From the IMG/VR virus record IMGVR_UViG_3300005239_000666: a stretch of 53,471 bases of DNA; one strand, written 5' to 3'. Made by a program: the position numbers and the translations under genes. A model generated the notes under the pieces. The model had not been told where the DNA came from. It ran no database searches and worked only from the letters and a program-made list of their open reading frames with translations. Source of the DNA: an uncultured virus (IMG/VR IMGVR_UViG_3300005239_000666). Taxonomy: Duplodnaviria > Heunggongvirae > Uroviricota > Caudoviricetes. Numbering within the stretch: position 1 is the stretch's first letter; every line of letters starts with the position of its first letter. Shown here piece after piece: positions 10,006 through 19,057 of the stretch.

Positions 10006-10457
10006 AGACTTACCAATACGATTTAGAAAAAATTAAAAAAGAGTTAGAGACTTTACCAGATTATAATAAACAATTATATCTACAAGGTTATTCTAAAGAT
10101 ATGGATCCTGAAGAAGGAGCTGGTAAAGGTTACGATATAGATAGTAGCGAACACACATACACTGTTCCTTTATTTGATATACCTTACATTAATAGTATAA
10201 TGGAAGAACATAAACTTACTAGAACAAGATTAATGAGAATGAAACCTAAAGCATGTTATCTTTGGCATAATGACTTAACACAAAGATTGCATATACCAAT
10301 AGTAACAAATGAACATTGTTTCTTATTATTAGATAGTGATAGAATACACATACCAGCCACAGGAGAGGCGTATGTAATAGACACTAGAAAAAAACATACA
10401 GCATTAAATTGTTCAAAAGAAAATCGTATACACATTGTTGGAGGATTACCTTACTAA
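10002..10457 (+). CDS. 2OG-Fe(II) oxygenase, Asp/Asn beta-hydroxylase-like (copy 1)
   Basis: WHND...RLHIP...KHTALN...RIHIV gives the HxD...H triad and terminal Arg. Confidence 0.8.
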   Translation: MKTYQYDLEKIKKELETLPDYNKQLYLQGYSKDMDPEEGAGKGYDIDSSEHTYTVPLFDIPYINSIMEEHKLTRTRLMRMKPKACYLWHNDLTQRLHIPIVTNEHCFLLLDSDRIHIPATGEAYVIDTRKKHTALNCSKENRIHIVGGLPY

Positions 10458-11752
10458 TGGATAATACATTATACGATTGTCTTATAACTTCTTTACCAGG
10501 TATGGATAAAAGTAAACCGGCACCTGGTCCATCTTTTCTAAAAGGTTATTTACAAACAAAAGGATTCAAAATTAAAGTTATTGACGGTCATATGTATGAC
10601 ACTCTAGATAACATTGAAAAAGAAATTAAAAAATATGACTTTAGATGGCTAGGTATATCTGTATTTTCTTATATGCAAAAAGATGATGGCTTAGAATTAG
10701 GTAAAAGATTTGAAAATTCATTTTATGGTGGATCAGGAGTTGATATAGAATGGCCTACAAAGTATTTTATAACAGGAGAAGGAGAGTATGCTCTTGTAGA
10801 ATTTTTAAATGGCAACTTTGATTATCCTGGTATCAACGGAAAACTACCAAGACAAATAGCAGACATAGAAAGTTTACCACCACCGGATTATTCAGACGTA
10901 ATACAACAACATAACTATCGTAAGTTTGTAATATCAGGATCACGAGGTTGTGTTAGAAATTGTACGTTTTGTGATGTTGCTAGTATATGGCCTAAATTTA
11001 GATGGAAGTCAGGTAAAAAAATTGCTGACGAAATGCACCAAGTATCTGAACAAACAGGTACAAAAAAAATACACTTTTCAGATTCATTAATCAATGGTTC
11101 TATGAAACATTTTAGAGACTTATGCCATGAGTTGGCAAATAGACCTAAAAAAATTAAATGGGAGGCACAGTTTATTGTTAGGGCAGAAAAGACTTTTTCT
11201 CAACAAGACTTTGATAATTTACAAAACTCTGGTTGTAATGGATTAGAAATGGGTATAGAAGCAGGTAACGAAGAAGTTAGAGATCATATGAGAAAGAAAT
11301 TTACAAATGAAGATATAAAATACTTTGTTACAAACCTAGGAGAAAGAAATATTACAATGAAGTTTTTACTTATTGTAGGATATCCTACGGAAACGGAAGA
11401 AATGTTTGAAGATACTCTACAACTATTAAGAGACTATGCTCATTATTCACATTTAATTAGTATATCTCACCACGTTATGATGACCTTTAAAAACACACCA
11501 CTAGACTTTGAACATAGAGAGTTGTTTGATAGTGACTTTGGTTTTAAATGGAAAAATGAACACTCTAACTTTGATATAAGATTTCAAAGATTTATAAAAG
11601 TATATGAATTAGGAGTTGAGTTAGGCTATCAGTTTCAAGATCACTGTTTAGAAAAAATAGAGAGATACAAATCCGATAAACTTAATGAAAACAGAAAGTC
11701 TATAGGATTTATTCACCCTAAAAAGAAAAATCAATTACACGTTCAAAGCTAA
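10457..11752 (+). CDS. B12-binding-domain radical SAM enzyme, class B methyltransferase-like (copy 1)
   Basis: N-terminal cobalamin-binding Rossmann motifs (LKGYL..G..IKVID, GISVFS, YGG, GEGE), then SRGCVRNCTFC, GIEAGN and IVGYPTET. Start is the ATG overlapping the TAA at 10457. Confidence 0.9.
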   Translation: MDNTLYDCLITSLPGMDKSKPAPGPSFLKGYLQTKGFKIKVIDGHMYDTLDNIEKEIKKYDFRWLGISVFSYMQKDDGLELGKRFENSFYGGSGVDIEWPTKYFITGEGEYALVEFLNGNFDYPGINGKLPRQIADIESLPPPDYSDVIQQHNYRKFVISGSRGCVRNCTFCDVASIWPKFRWKSGKKIADEMHQVSEQTGTKKIHFSDSLINGSMKHFRDLCHELANRPKKIKWEAQFIVRAEKTFSQQDFDNLQNSGCNGLEMGIEAGNEEVRDHMRKKFTNEDIKYFVTNLGERNITMKFLLIVGYPTETEEMFEDTLQLLRDYAHYSHLISISHHVMMTFKNTPLDFEHRELFDSDFGFKWKNEHSNFDIRFQRFIKVYELGVELGYQFQDHCLEKIERYKSDKLNENRKSIGFIHPKKKNQLHVQS

Positions 11753-11927
11753 AAGATTTATTAAATCCTAAAGTAAACTTTCTTCCTTCTTGACTAAACC
11801 CATGAGTGATTCATAATTTTCATCAACAGATTTAACAACTAACACCAAAGTCTATACATAATAATATATCCAGATTAATCTAAAAATGTGTTTCAGCATT
11901 GTATAGTGACAATAGAATTGTGTACAT
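11749..11927 (-). other. indel-ridden duplicate of the 3' end of the btuB-like gene, ending at N-gap 11928..11947
   Basis: Aligns by eye with 13646..13840 but has many single-base deletions. Confidence 0.75.
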
Positions 11928-11947
11928 NNNNNNNNNNNNNNNNNNNN

Positions 11948-12348
11948 TTACCAGATTATAAAAACAATATATCTACAAGGTATTCTAAAGACATGGATCC
12001 TGAAGAAGGAGCTGGTAAAGGTATGACGTAGATGAAGTAGAACACACATATACTGTTCCTTTATTTGATATACCTTATATTAATAGTATAATGAAAGAAC
12101 ACAAACTCACTAGAACAAGATTGATGAGAATGAAACCTAAAGCATGTTATCTTTGGCATAATGACTTGACACAAAGATTACATATACCAATAGTAACAAA
12201 TGAACACTGTTTCTTATTACTAGATAATGATAGAATACACATACCAGCCACAGGAGAGGCGTATGTAATAGACACTAGAAAAAAACATACAGCACTAAAT
12301 TGTTCAAAAGAAGATCGTACTCATATTGTTGGAGGACTACCTTATTAA
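11948..12348 (+). CDS. 2OG-Fe(II) oxygenase (copy 2), 5' end at N-gap and indel-damaged
   Basis: Near-identical to 10002..10457. Confidence 0.8.
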
Positions 12349-13649
12349 TGGATAATACATTATATGACGCCGTTATTACATCACTGCCAGGAATGGATAA
12401 GGGTAAACCTGCACCTGGTCCTTCTTTTTTAAAAGGATATTTAGAACCATTAGGATTTAAAATTAAAGTTATAGATGGTAATCAATTAGATACTTTAGAA
12501 AATATACACAAAGAAATTGCAAAATATAAATTTAGATGGTTAGGTATATCTGTATTTTCTTTTATGCAAAAAGAAGATGGTTTAAAATTAGGAGAAAAAT
12601 ATGATAATGCTTTTTACGGAGGATCAGGTGTTGATATAAAATGGCCTTCTAAAAATTTTATAGTAGGAGAAGGAGAATATGCTGTACAAGAATTTTTAAA
12701 AGGAAATTTTGATTATCCTGGTATTAACGGAAGACTACCAAAACAGATAGAAAACATAGAAGATTTGCCACCACCAGATTATTCAGACGTAATAAAAGAA
12801 CACAAATATGGCAGATTTATAATATCTGGTTCTAGAGGTTGTGTTAGAAATTGTACTTTCTGTGATGTTGCAAGTATCTGGCCAAAATTTAGATGGAAAT
12901 CAGGTAAAAAAATTGCTGACGAAATACATAGTGTTGCCGAACATACTAAATCTGAAAAGATAGCATTTTCCGATTCATTGGTTAATGGTTCAATGAAACA
13001 TTTTAGAGATATGGTTTACGAATTATCTATAAAAAAGAAAAAGGTAAAATGGGAAGGACAGTTTATTGTCAGAGCTGAAAAGACTTTTTCGCAAGAAGAT
13101 TTTGATAATTTGGCAAACTCTGGTTGTAATGGTTTGGAAATGGGTATAGAATCAGGTAATGAAAGTGTTAGAAATCATATGAAAAAAAAGTTTACTAATG
13201 ATGATATAAAATACTTTGTTACCAATTTAGGAGAAAGAAAAATTAAAATGAAGTTCTTACTGATTGTAGGATATCCTACAGAAACGGAAGAAATGTTTGA
13301 AGATACTATGCAACTATTAAGAGACTATGCAAAGTATTCACATTTAATCAGTGTATCTCACCACGTTATGATGACTTTTGAAAATACACCTTTAGATTTT
13401 GAACATAGAGAATTGTTTGGTGGAGAATTTGGCTTCAAATGGAAAAATCAAAACTCCGATTTTGATATAAGATTTCAAAGATTTATAAAAGTTTATGAAT
13501 TAGGAAACCAATTAGGTTATCAGTTTCAACAACATTGTATTGACAAAATAGAAAGATACAAATCTGATAAACTTAATGAAAATAGAAAGTCTATAGGAAT
13601 TGATCACCCTAGAAAGAAAAAAGTTAATTCTTTACATGTACAATCTTAA
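12348..13649 (+). CDS. B12-binding-domain radical SAM enzyme (copy 2)
   Basis: Same motifs as 10457..11752 (GEGE, SRGCVRNCTFC, GIESGN). Confidence 0.9.
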   Translation: MDNTLYDAVITSLPGMDKGKPAPGPSFLKGYLEPLGFKIKVIDGNQLDTLENIHKEIAKYKFRWLGISVFSFMQKEDGLKLGEKYDNAFYGGSGVDIKWPSKNFIVGEGEYAVQEFLKGNFDYPGINGRLPKQIENIEDLPPPDYSDVIKEHKYGRFIISGSRGCVRNCTFCDVASIWPKFRWKSGKKIADEIHSVAEHTKSEKIAFSDSLVNGSMKHFRDMVYELSIKKKKVKWEGQFIVRAEKTFSQEDFDNLANSGCNGLEMGIESGNESVRNHMKKKFTNDDIKYFVTNLGERKIKMKFLLIVGYPTETEEMFEDTMQLLRDYAKYSHLISVSHHVMMTFENTPLDFEHRELFGGEFGFKWKNQNSDFDIRFQRFIKVYELGNQLGYQFQQHCIDKIERYKSDKLNENRKSIGIDHPRKKKVNSLHVQS

Positions 13650-15022
13650 AAAGATTTATTAAAACCTAAAGTAAATTTTCTTCCTTCTTGACTAAACCCA
13701 TGAGGTGATTCATAATTTTCATCAAATAGATTTAACAAACTAACACCAAAGTCTATACCATAATAATTATATCCAAGATTTAAATCTAACAAATGTGTTT
13801 CAGGCATTGTTATAGTTGACCAATTAGAATTGTGTACATCTAAATGTTTACCTTTATATTTGTAATTAGTAGTTAAAGAAAATTTATTTTTTAAATCTTT
13901 TGTATTCATAAATCCAACAGACCAANNNNNNNNNNNNNNNNNNNNTTCTATCTCTTTAAAGAAACCTAATTTATATGTTTCGTGTTCTTCATCAAACCTA
14001 TGATGATATGAAAATATATTGTGTGAAAAATTAAAGAAGTATCCTAGATTATGATGTTGACTTGCTAAAGATTCATTATGTTTATAATCAAAGCCAAAAC
14101 CATATTTTTCTTTTTGATGTGTTCCTCTTATTGTATAGTTTTCACTTTCATAATGAGAGTCGTCATAGTCTCTATCATATTCATGTGTATGAAAAGTTAA
14201 ACTATTATTTAAATAATCAACACCTGTTTGTAAGGCAAAGAAAGTATTATCTGCCCATTTACCGTCTTGTATGGAAACACTATGACCATCTATATCAGAG
14301 AAAGTGTTTCTTGCAAACCAAGATGTTCGCCAATGTATTTGATCATACCATTTACTTACGTTAACACCTATTGTTTTATTATTTGTTCCATCTTTTTCGT
14401 CAGCTCCTGATAAAACAGAAACGTTTTGTGACTTATGTTCGCCAGCTGAAAAAGATATATCAAAGTCATTTAATTTAGTATAGTAATTACCACTAATAGT
14501 TTTATCATTACCATTACCACCAATACTTAATTTTTTATCATAATCTACAGTTGTTCTAAAATTAATTGCACCACCAACAGCGTCTGCTCCCCAATGAGCA
14601 CCTTGTGACCCTTTGTATACATCTATTTGTACAACATTAAACATAAAGTCTTGACCAACATCGTGGGCGCCTGTAGGTGTAGAGTAATCATTGATTGATA
14701 TTCCATTTAATAATACTAATGTATGATTAGAATTAGTGCCTCTTAAAAACACCGATGATTGTTGACCTGTAGGACCTGATTGAGTTATGTCTAAACCTTG
14801 AACATAGTTTAATACTTTAGGTAAATCAATTAGATTATACTTTTGAATTTCAGATTTTTTAATTGTAAGTGTAGGTGTTATTTTATCACCTAATGCGTTT
14901 GAGTTGTTTATGTTTGGATATATTGTAAGACAAGGAATATCGTCATCCCATTTACAATCATCTTCCTTGGAATAGGCAACATTAGCCCATACCAAGATTA
15001 ATATAAGAATTAATCTTATCAT
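13646..15022 (-). CDS. btuB: TonB-dependent outer-membrane receptor, BtuB-like cobalamin transporter (internal N-gap 13926..13945)
   Basis: Signal peptide; plug-domain motifs GQQSSVFLRGTNSNHTLVLLNG and KGSQGAHWGADAVGGAIN; C-terminal NLFDENYE...GRKFTLGFNKSF ending in Phe; preceded by a cobalamin riboswitch. Confidence 0.85.
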   Translation of the reverse strand: MIRLILILILVWANVAYSKEDDCKWDDDIPCLTIYPNINNSNALGDKITPTLTIKKSEIQKYNLIDLPKVLNYVQGLDITQSGPTGQQSSVFLRGTNSNHTLVLLNGISINDYSTPTGAHDVGQDFMFNVVQIDVYKGSQGAHWGADAVGGAINFRTTVDYDKKLSIGGNGNDKTISGNYYTKLNDFDISFSAGEHKSQNVSVLSGADEKDGTNNKTIGVNVSKWYDQIHWRTSWFARNTFSDIDGHSVSIQDGKWADNTFFALQTGVDYLNNSLTFHTHEYDRDYDDSHYESENYTIRGTHQKEKYGFGFDYKHNESLASQHHNLGYFFNFSHNIFSYHHRFDEEHETYKLGFFKEIEXXXXXXXWSVGFMNTKDLKNKFSLTTNYKYKGKHLDVHNSNWSTITMPETHLLDLNLGYNYYGIDFGVSLLNLFDENYESPHGFSQEGRKFTLGFNKSF

Positions 15023-15025
15023 GTT

Positions 15026-15127
15026 GAGTCTCCTTGCTCGTTGTATGGCCTAGGTGGCATTCGGAGTATAACCGTATCAAGTAATCTGGACGAATTTCAC
15101 GTCACTTTCCCACTACACTTTTAGGCC
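15026..15127 (-). ncRNA. class-II cobalamin riboswitch (AdoCbl-variant family, env8HyCbl-like)
   Basis: Minus strand reads GGCCTAAAAGTGTAGTGGGAAAGTGACGTGAAATTCGTCCAGATTACTTGATACGGTTATACTCCGAATGCCACCTAGGCCATACAACGAGCAAGGAGACTC. It has a GGCCTA/TAGGCC closing stem, GGGAA and GCCAC core motifs, and the SD AGGAG inside the terminal GAG/CTC hairpin loop, 7 nt before the btuB ATG. Confidence 0.95.
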
Positions 15128-15144
15128 ATTGTTATGTACTATAT

Positions 15145-15173
15145 AGTATATAATATTTTATCTAAAATGGCAA
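15145..15173 (-). promoter_or_regulatory. sigma70-type (early) promoter for riboswitch-btuB
   Basis: TTGCCA-17 nt-TATACT on the minus strand, just upstream of the riboswitch. Confidence 0.75.
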
Positions 15174-15182
15174 CTTTCCGAA

Positions 15183-15190
15183 TATAAATA
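15183..15190 (+). promoter_or_regulatory. T4 late promoter
   Basis: TATAAATA, 5 nt before the ATG at 15196. Confidence 0.75.
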
Positions 15191-15195
15191 ACTGT

Positions 15196-15537
15196 ATGGC
15201 TGGAATAGCAAACTTAACGATAGACCAAGGGTCCAATTTTACATACGATTTAGAAGTCACTAATACCGATGGTACAAATTTTGATCTTACTGGATTTACG
15301 ATGGTTGCTAAAATGTCTGGAGGTTATTCTTCTACATATCCTAGAACAGTATTTACTTGTACAGTAACAAATCCAACAGAGGGTGTGGTAACTATAAGTT
15401 TAACTGCCGATCAAACAAAAGCTTTAAAGGCAGGCCGTCACGTATTTGACGTTGTAGCTACTCACGCTGATAGTACTGTTACTCGTTTATTAGAGGGTAT
15501 TGTTATCGTAACTCCATCTGTAGTTAGAGCTTTTTAA
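15196..15537 (+). CDS. putative virion structural protein (beta-rich, Ig-like)
   Basis: ANLTIDQG..F...DLTG...G.VTISLT...T..LKAGR.V.DV...RLLEG pattern common in marine T4-like phages; late promoter. Confidence 0.6.
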   Translation: MAGIANLTIDQGSNFTYDLEVTNTDGTNFDLTGFTMVAKMSGGYSSTYPRTVFTCTVTNPTEGVVTISLTADQTKALKAGRHVFDVVATHADSTVTRLLEGIVIVTPSVVRAF

Positions 15538-16922
15538 GATTTATTCCATTCAAACGTTGCTTTGTTATCGCCTTTTTCTGCTAATTGAAATTTATTTTTA
15601 GTCATAAATTGCATTAAAGCATCCCAATTTAAACCAGATATATCATCAAAAACCCACATTGTTTGATCTGCTTTTCTTTCATTAAAGAAAGCGGCTTCTT
15701 TTAATACACTAACTGTATCGTGAGGACCATCAAAGTGTATCATTTCATATTTGTCTATCATTCTTTTATACTCATCATAGACAGGATAACCATTAGCAAA
15801 ACTATTCATAAATTCTGAATCTTCTAGGTTTACAAGATGAAACTCTGGATAATCTTCAGCAAAATTTATTAATGTAGTTTTTCTCATTAAATTATCGTAG
15901 TTAAATTTTCTGGCTAATACACTGTCTGAAGCTGCATAGTCAATATTGCCATATGGATCAACACCTAAATGAACACAAGAAGTGGTAGGATGATAATGTC
16001 TATATGCGTCTATAATAGTTTTACTTCCTAACCCTAGTCTAACGCCTATTTCCATACTTTGACCAATAGGGTTTTTTAACATTTTTACGGCCGTAGCTAA
16101 ACTTCCATACTCTATACTATCACCAGTAAATTTTTCTCCTTCATTTACTTCTAGTGAATATTTTCCAGTTTCAGGATCAATACCTGGATAAACTCTACTA
16201 ACATCTTTTGCAGTCTTGTCAATAAATCTAGTATCTTTAATACCTTTGCCTTCAACCTCTGTTACGAATGTCTTTGTATCGGCTACAACTGGTTTTTCTT
16301 CTTCAAACATATTACGATTGTTCATAATTTGTCCTACTTCAAATGTACTATTGCCTGTGTGTTTACAACGTATCGTAGTATCTGCCCATATTTTAAAACC
16401 TTTTGCTCTTGCTTTTCTACAAAAGTCAACATCTTCGGATAATGTATTGTTATGATCAAGTGCTGAATGATATGTGTATTGAGGATAACCAACTTCTCTA
16501 AATACTTTTCCTTTAATAAGGGCACAACCCATACCACAACCAACTATTTCTAAAAACGGAGTATCTTTAACTTTTACAAAAGGAATACGTCTAGAGCCAC
16601 CATTATTACTTGCCTCATAAATTTCTAATGAGTGTGTTCCTGGTATTCTTTGAATATAAAGACCTGATACAATATCTACATCATGTGCTAACATTTTAAC
16701 TAACGTATCTTTATCAAAAGATATATCACTGTCTACAGAAAACAAATAATCATAATGTTCTCCCCATTTAGCAATTAGATTTCTAATTTGATCTACTTGA
16801 TAACCAAAAAAGAATTGAAATTCAACTTTGTATCCTTCTGGTACTGTAAGATCATATATTGCTTTGTATGTTTCTGGTTCTATATACTTGTTTGTTGGTA
16901 TTGCTATTAATATTTTTTTCAT
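15534..16922 (-). CDS. GT2-like glycosyltransferase fused to a class I SAM methyltransferase
   Basis: N-terminal RN..., LFSVDSD (DxD), GMGCALI and SEDVDFC; C-terminal MEIGVRLGLG, HFDGPH and FDD. Confidence 0.8.
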   Translation of the reverse strand: MKKILIAIPTNKYIEPETYKAIYDLTVPEGYKVEFQFFFGYQVDQIRNLIAKWGEHYDYLFSVDSDISFDKDTLVKMLAHDVDIVSGLYIQRIPGTHSLEIYEASNNGGSRRIPFVKVKDTPFLEIVGCGMGCALIKGKVFREVGYPQYTYHSALDHNNTLSEDVDFCRKARAKGFKIWADTTIRCKHTGNSTFEVGQIMNNRNMFEEEKPVVADTKTFVTEVEGKGIKDTRFIDKTAKDVSRVYPGIDPETGKYSLEVNEGEKFTGDSIEYGSLATAVKMLKNPIGQSMEIGVRLGLGSKTIIDAYRHYHPTTSCVHLGVDPYGNIDYAASDSVLARKFNYDNLMRKTTLINFAEDYPEFHLVNLEDSEFMNSFANGYPVYDEYKRMIDKYEMIHFDGPHDTVSVLKEAAFFNERKADQTMWVFDDISGLNWDALMQFMTKNKFQLAEKGDNKATFEWNKS

Positions 16923-18949
16923 TGGTTAATTATCCTATTCGCATTTTTTGTTTGTTCGTCTCCGTTAATTTTATAATCGTTTAAAGGATTTATATCATTA
17001 TAATTATATAGTATATCTGATACAACTTTTACCTTGTCTGGATCGGCTTGTTCTATAAGTGAGTAAAATATAGAACCGTCTCCACCGGCTTTGTACCAGT
17101 TTTTGTTTTCATCTTGGAAGTTACTGTCATCAATATTATTTAAAAGTCCTGCTTTAAATGTTCTCAAATGTGTGTATGGCATATTCCAATTAAATTTGTA
17201 TTTTCTATATTCTTTCTTTTGTTTTATTTCCTCTGGATAGTTTTGTGCTATCAAAGGTATTCTATCAACCATTGAGTAACAAGACCCATAGGTAAATTCT
17301 GTAGTGCCGTCATAAAGATTATTGTAAAAGTGAAGTATCTCATTATCATTTATAAAAGAATCATCACCGTCTAAAAACATAACAATGTCATCTTCTTTAC
17401 AATATTTTCTTATAGACTCTATTTGATTTCTAACAGCGCCTTTGTTTTCTTCATTACGAATCACTTTTATTTTATCACTTTCCCACTGTTTGGCAATGTT
17501 GTAAGTGTTATCTGTAGAAGCGTCATCAATTACAATCATTTCATAGTTATCATAATCTTGTGAGACAACTGATTCAATACAGTTGTTAATATATCTTTCA
17601 GAGTTGTAAGTAGGAGATATTATAACTATCTTTTGTTCTACTTTTCTTGGTAAATAATTTTCTTCTATATTAGTAAATCTTCTACCAAAAACTTTTCTAA
17701 CTCTAGAATTTATATGACATACTTTTCTGTATTCTTCTTTTGATAAGTAAATTCCTAAATTTCTATATAGATGTTGTTTCCATTGTAAGGCTACAGAGTC
17801 CCAGCCAACAACACCTTTAATTTGATTACAAGCATATTGTTTTTGTTGGTGTAAATATCTATTATGATGAGCCATTATTACAGTGTTGACAAATTTTTCT
17901 ACTTGTTTTTCTTTTGGTATCCATGGAAATAAACCATTAGGTTCTATTGCATAATCTATTAAGTAGCAAGCTTCATTTACTGCTGTTTCTTCTAAAGCAC
18001 CAAAACGTGTGGTGATTAAAGGAGTGTTATATGCTATTGCTTCTAAAGATGATATACCAAATGTTTCAGGAAAAGCACCTGGAAATAATTTGTAACTTGC
18101 TCTTTCTAATATATCTGCTATTTCAGATTGTTTTATAACACCTGTAAATTCTATACCTAAATTTTTATTTTTAGGATCATTTGACATTTTAGTCCATTCT
18201 TTTCCTTGAGCGTCTAGCTCTTGTCCTGGGAAAACATAAAAACCACCAATACATATTAGTTTAGCTTCAGGTATTTTTGCTTTTATTTTTGGCCATATAT
18301 CGTTAACTAAAGGCGCCATACCTTTTGTGAAAGCTGCATTAAAAACATATAAGTGAGGATCTTTTTTTCTTATGTCAACATCATTTTTATAAGTTACTAT
18401 TCCATTTCTAGTTTGAAAGAATTTATGTTTTAATACTTCCATATTTCTTCTTTTACCATGGTCACAATTCATTACGTAAGTTGAATGAAAATCTGATAAA
18501 GTAAATACTTCATCTATATGTCCTTGTACTAAAAGGTCTTCTAATATAAGATCGCCGTTTGCAAACGTGTCGTGCATCCAAACTGCTTTATGTTTAGCAT
18601 TAGCTGTGATTGCTGAATATCTTTGAGGATTATATCCTTCAAACTGTTTGTATAAGTTAGGCGTTATAAAAGGAATTATAGTTCTTAATGAAATTACAAT
18701 ATCAAATTTAAAATCACTTTTATAATCTAAAATGGTATTGTCAAAGTATTGTACACCATCATAAGTGCCTTCTCTTGCGAGTTTTGAGTCTTTATTACAG
18801 TTGTTGAAAATAGTTACTTTGAAACCTAATTTTGTTAGTTCTTTGGCCATCAAGATAGTCGCAGACTCGCTACCACCAAGGCCTCTTTTCTTTAATGTAT
18901 CTCCGTCATACGGAAGACCAATTATATCTAAAAATGCAATAGAAATCAT
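16919..18949 (-). CDS. bifunctional glycosyltransferase (GT4/GT-B + GT2)
   Basis: GLGGSES and ETFGISSLEA (GT4); IISPTYN, IDDASTD and FLDGDD (GT2). Confidence 0.88.
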   Translation of the reverse strand: MISIAFLDIIGLPYDGDTLKKRGLGGSESATILMAKELTKLGFKVTIFNNCNKDSKLAREGTYDGVQYFDNTILDYKSDFKFDIVISLRTIIPFITPNLYKQFEGYNPQRYSAITANAKHKAVWMHDTFANGDLILEDLLVQGHIDEVFTLSDFHSTYVMNCDHGKRRNMEVLKHKFFQTRNGIVTYKNDVDIRKKDPHLYVFNAAFTKGMAPLVNDIWPKIKAKIPEAKLICIGGFYVFPGQELDAQGKEWTKMSNDPKNKNLGIEFTGVIKQSEIADILERASYKLFPGAFPETFGISSLEAIAYNTPLITTRFGALEETAVNEACYLIDYAIEPNGLFPWIPKEKQVEKFVNTVIMAHHNRYLHQQKQYACNQIKGVVGWDSVALQWKQHLYRNLGIYLSKEEYRKVCHINSRVRKVFGRRFTNIEENYLPRKVEQKIVIISPTYNSERYINNCIESVVSQDYDNYEMIVIDDASTDNTYNIAKQWESDKIKVIRNEENKGAVRNQIESIRKYCKEDDIVMFLDGDDSFINDNEILHFYNNLYDGTTEFTYGSCYSMVDRIPLIAQNYPEEIKQKKEYRKYKFNWNMPYTHLRTFKAGLLNNIDDSNFQDENKNWYKAGGDGSIFYSLIEQADPDKVKVVSDILYNYNDINPLNDYKINGDEQTKNANRIINQ

Positions 18950-18977
18950 TTATTTAAATTACCAACTCACTACAGTT

Positions 18978-18989
18978 TATTTATAAATA
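18978..18989. promoter_or_regulatory. palindromic bidirectional late promoter TATTTATAAATA
   Basis: TATAAATA on the minus strand (18978..18985) and plus strand (18982..18989), between the GT operon and the collagen operon. Confidence 0.75.
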
Positions 18990-18990
18990 T

Positions 18991-19019
18991 ACTATAACAG
19001 AATACTAAAAAAATGTCAA
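18991..19019 (-). promoter_or_regulatory. sigma70-type promoter for the glycosyltransferase operon
   Basis: TTGACA-17 nt-TATAGT on the minus strand. Confidence 0.7.
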
Positions 19020-19057
19020 TGCTTGGACATTAATATGAGGGAGATAAGTATCGCAAT

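Noticed and set aside
10409..10456. Extended N-termini given by the ORF track for the B12 radical SAMs (also 12300, 45306, 48494, 49515, 2140, 9793)
   Set aside because: They overlap upstream genes or promoters. Downstream start codons coupled to upstream stops, or placed just after a promoter box, are more plausible.
1..19000. Left part as a mis-joined bacterial LPS/O-antigen locus
   Set aside because: T4 late promoters head its operons, composition matches the core, paralogs of its radical SAM pair lie next to gp23, and 13946..25825 is gap-free into fibre genes. Linkage across the N-gaps is still unproven.
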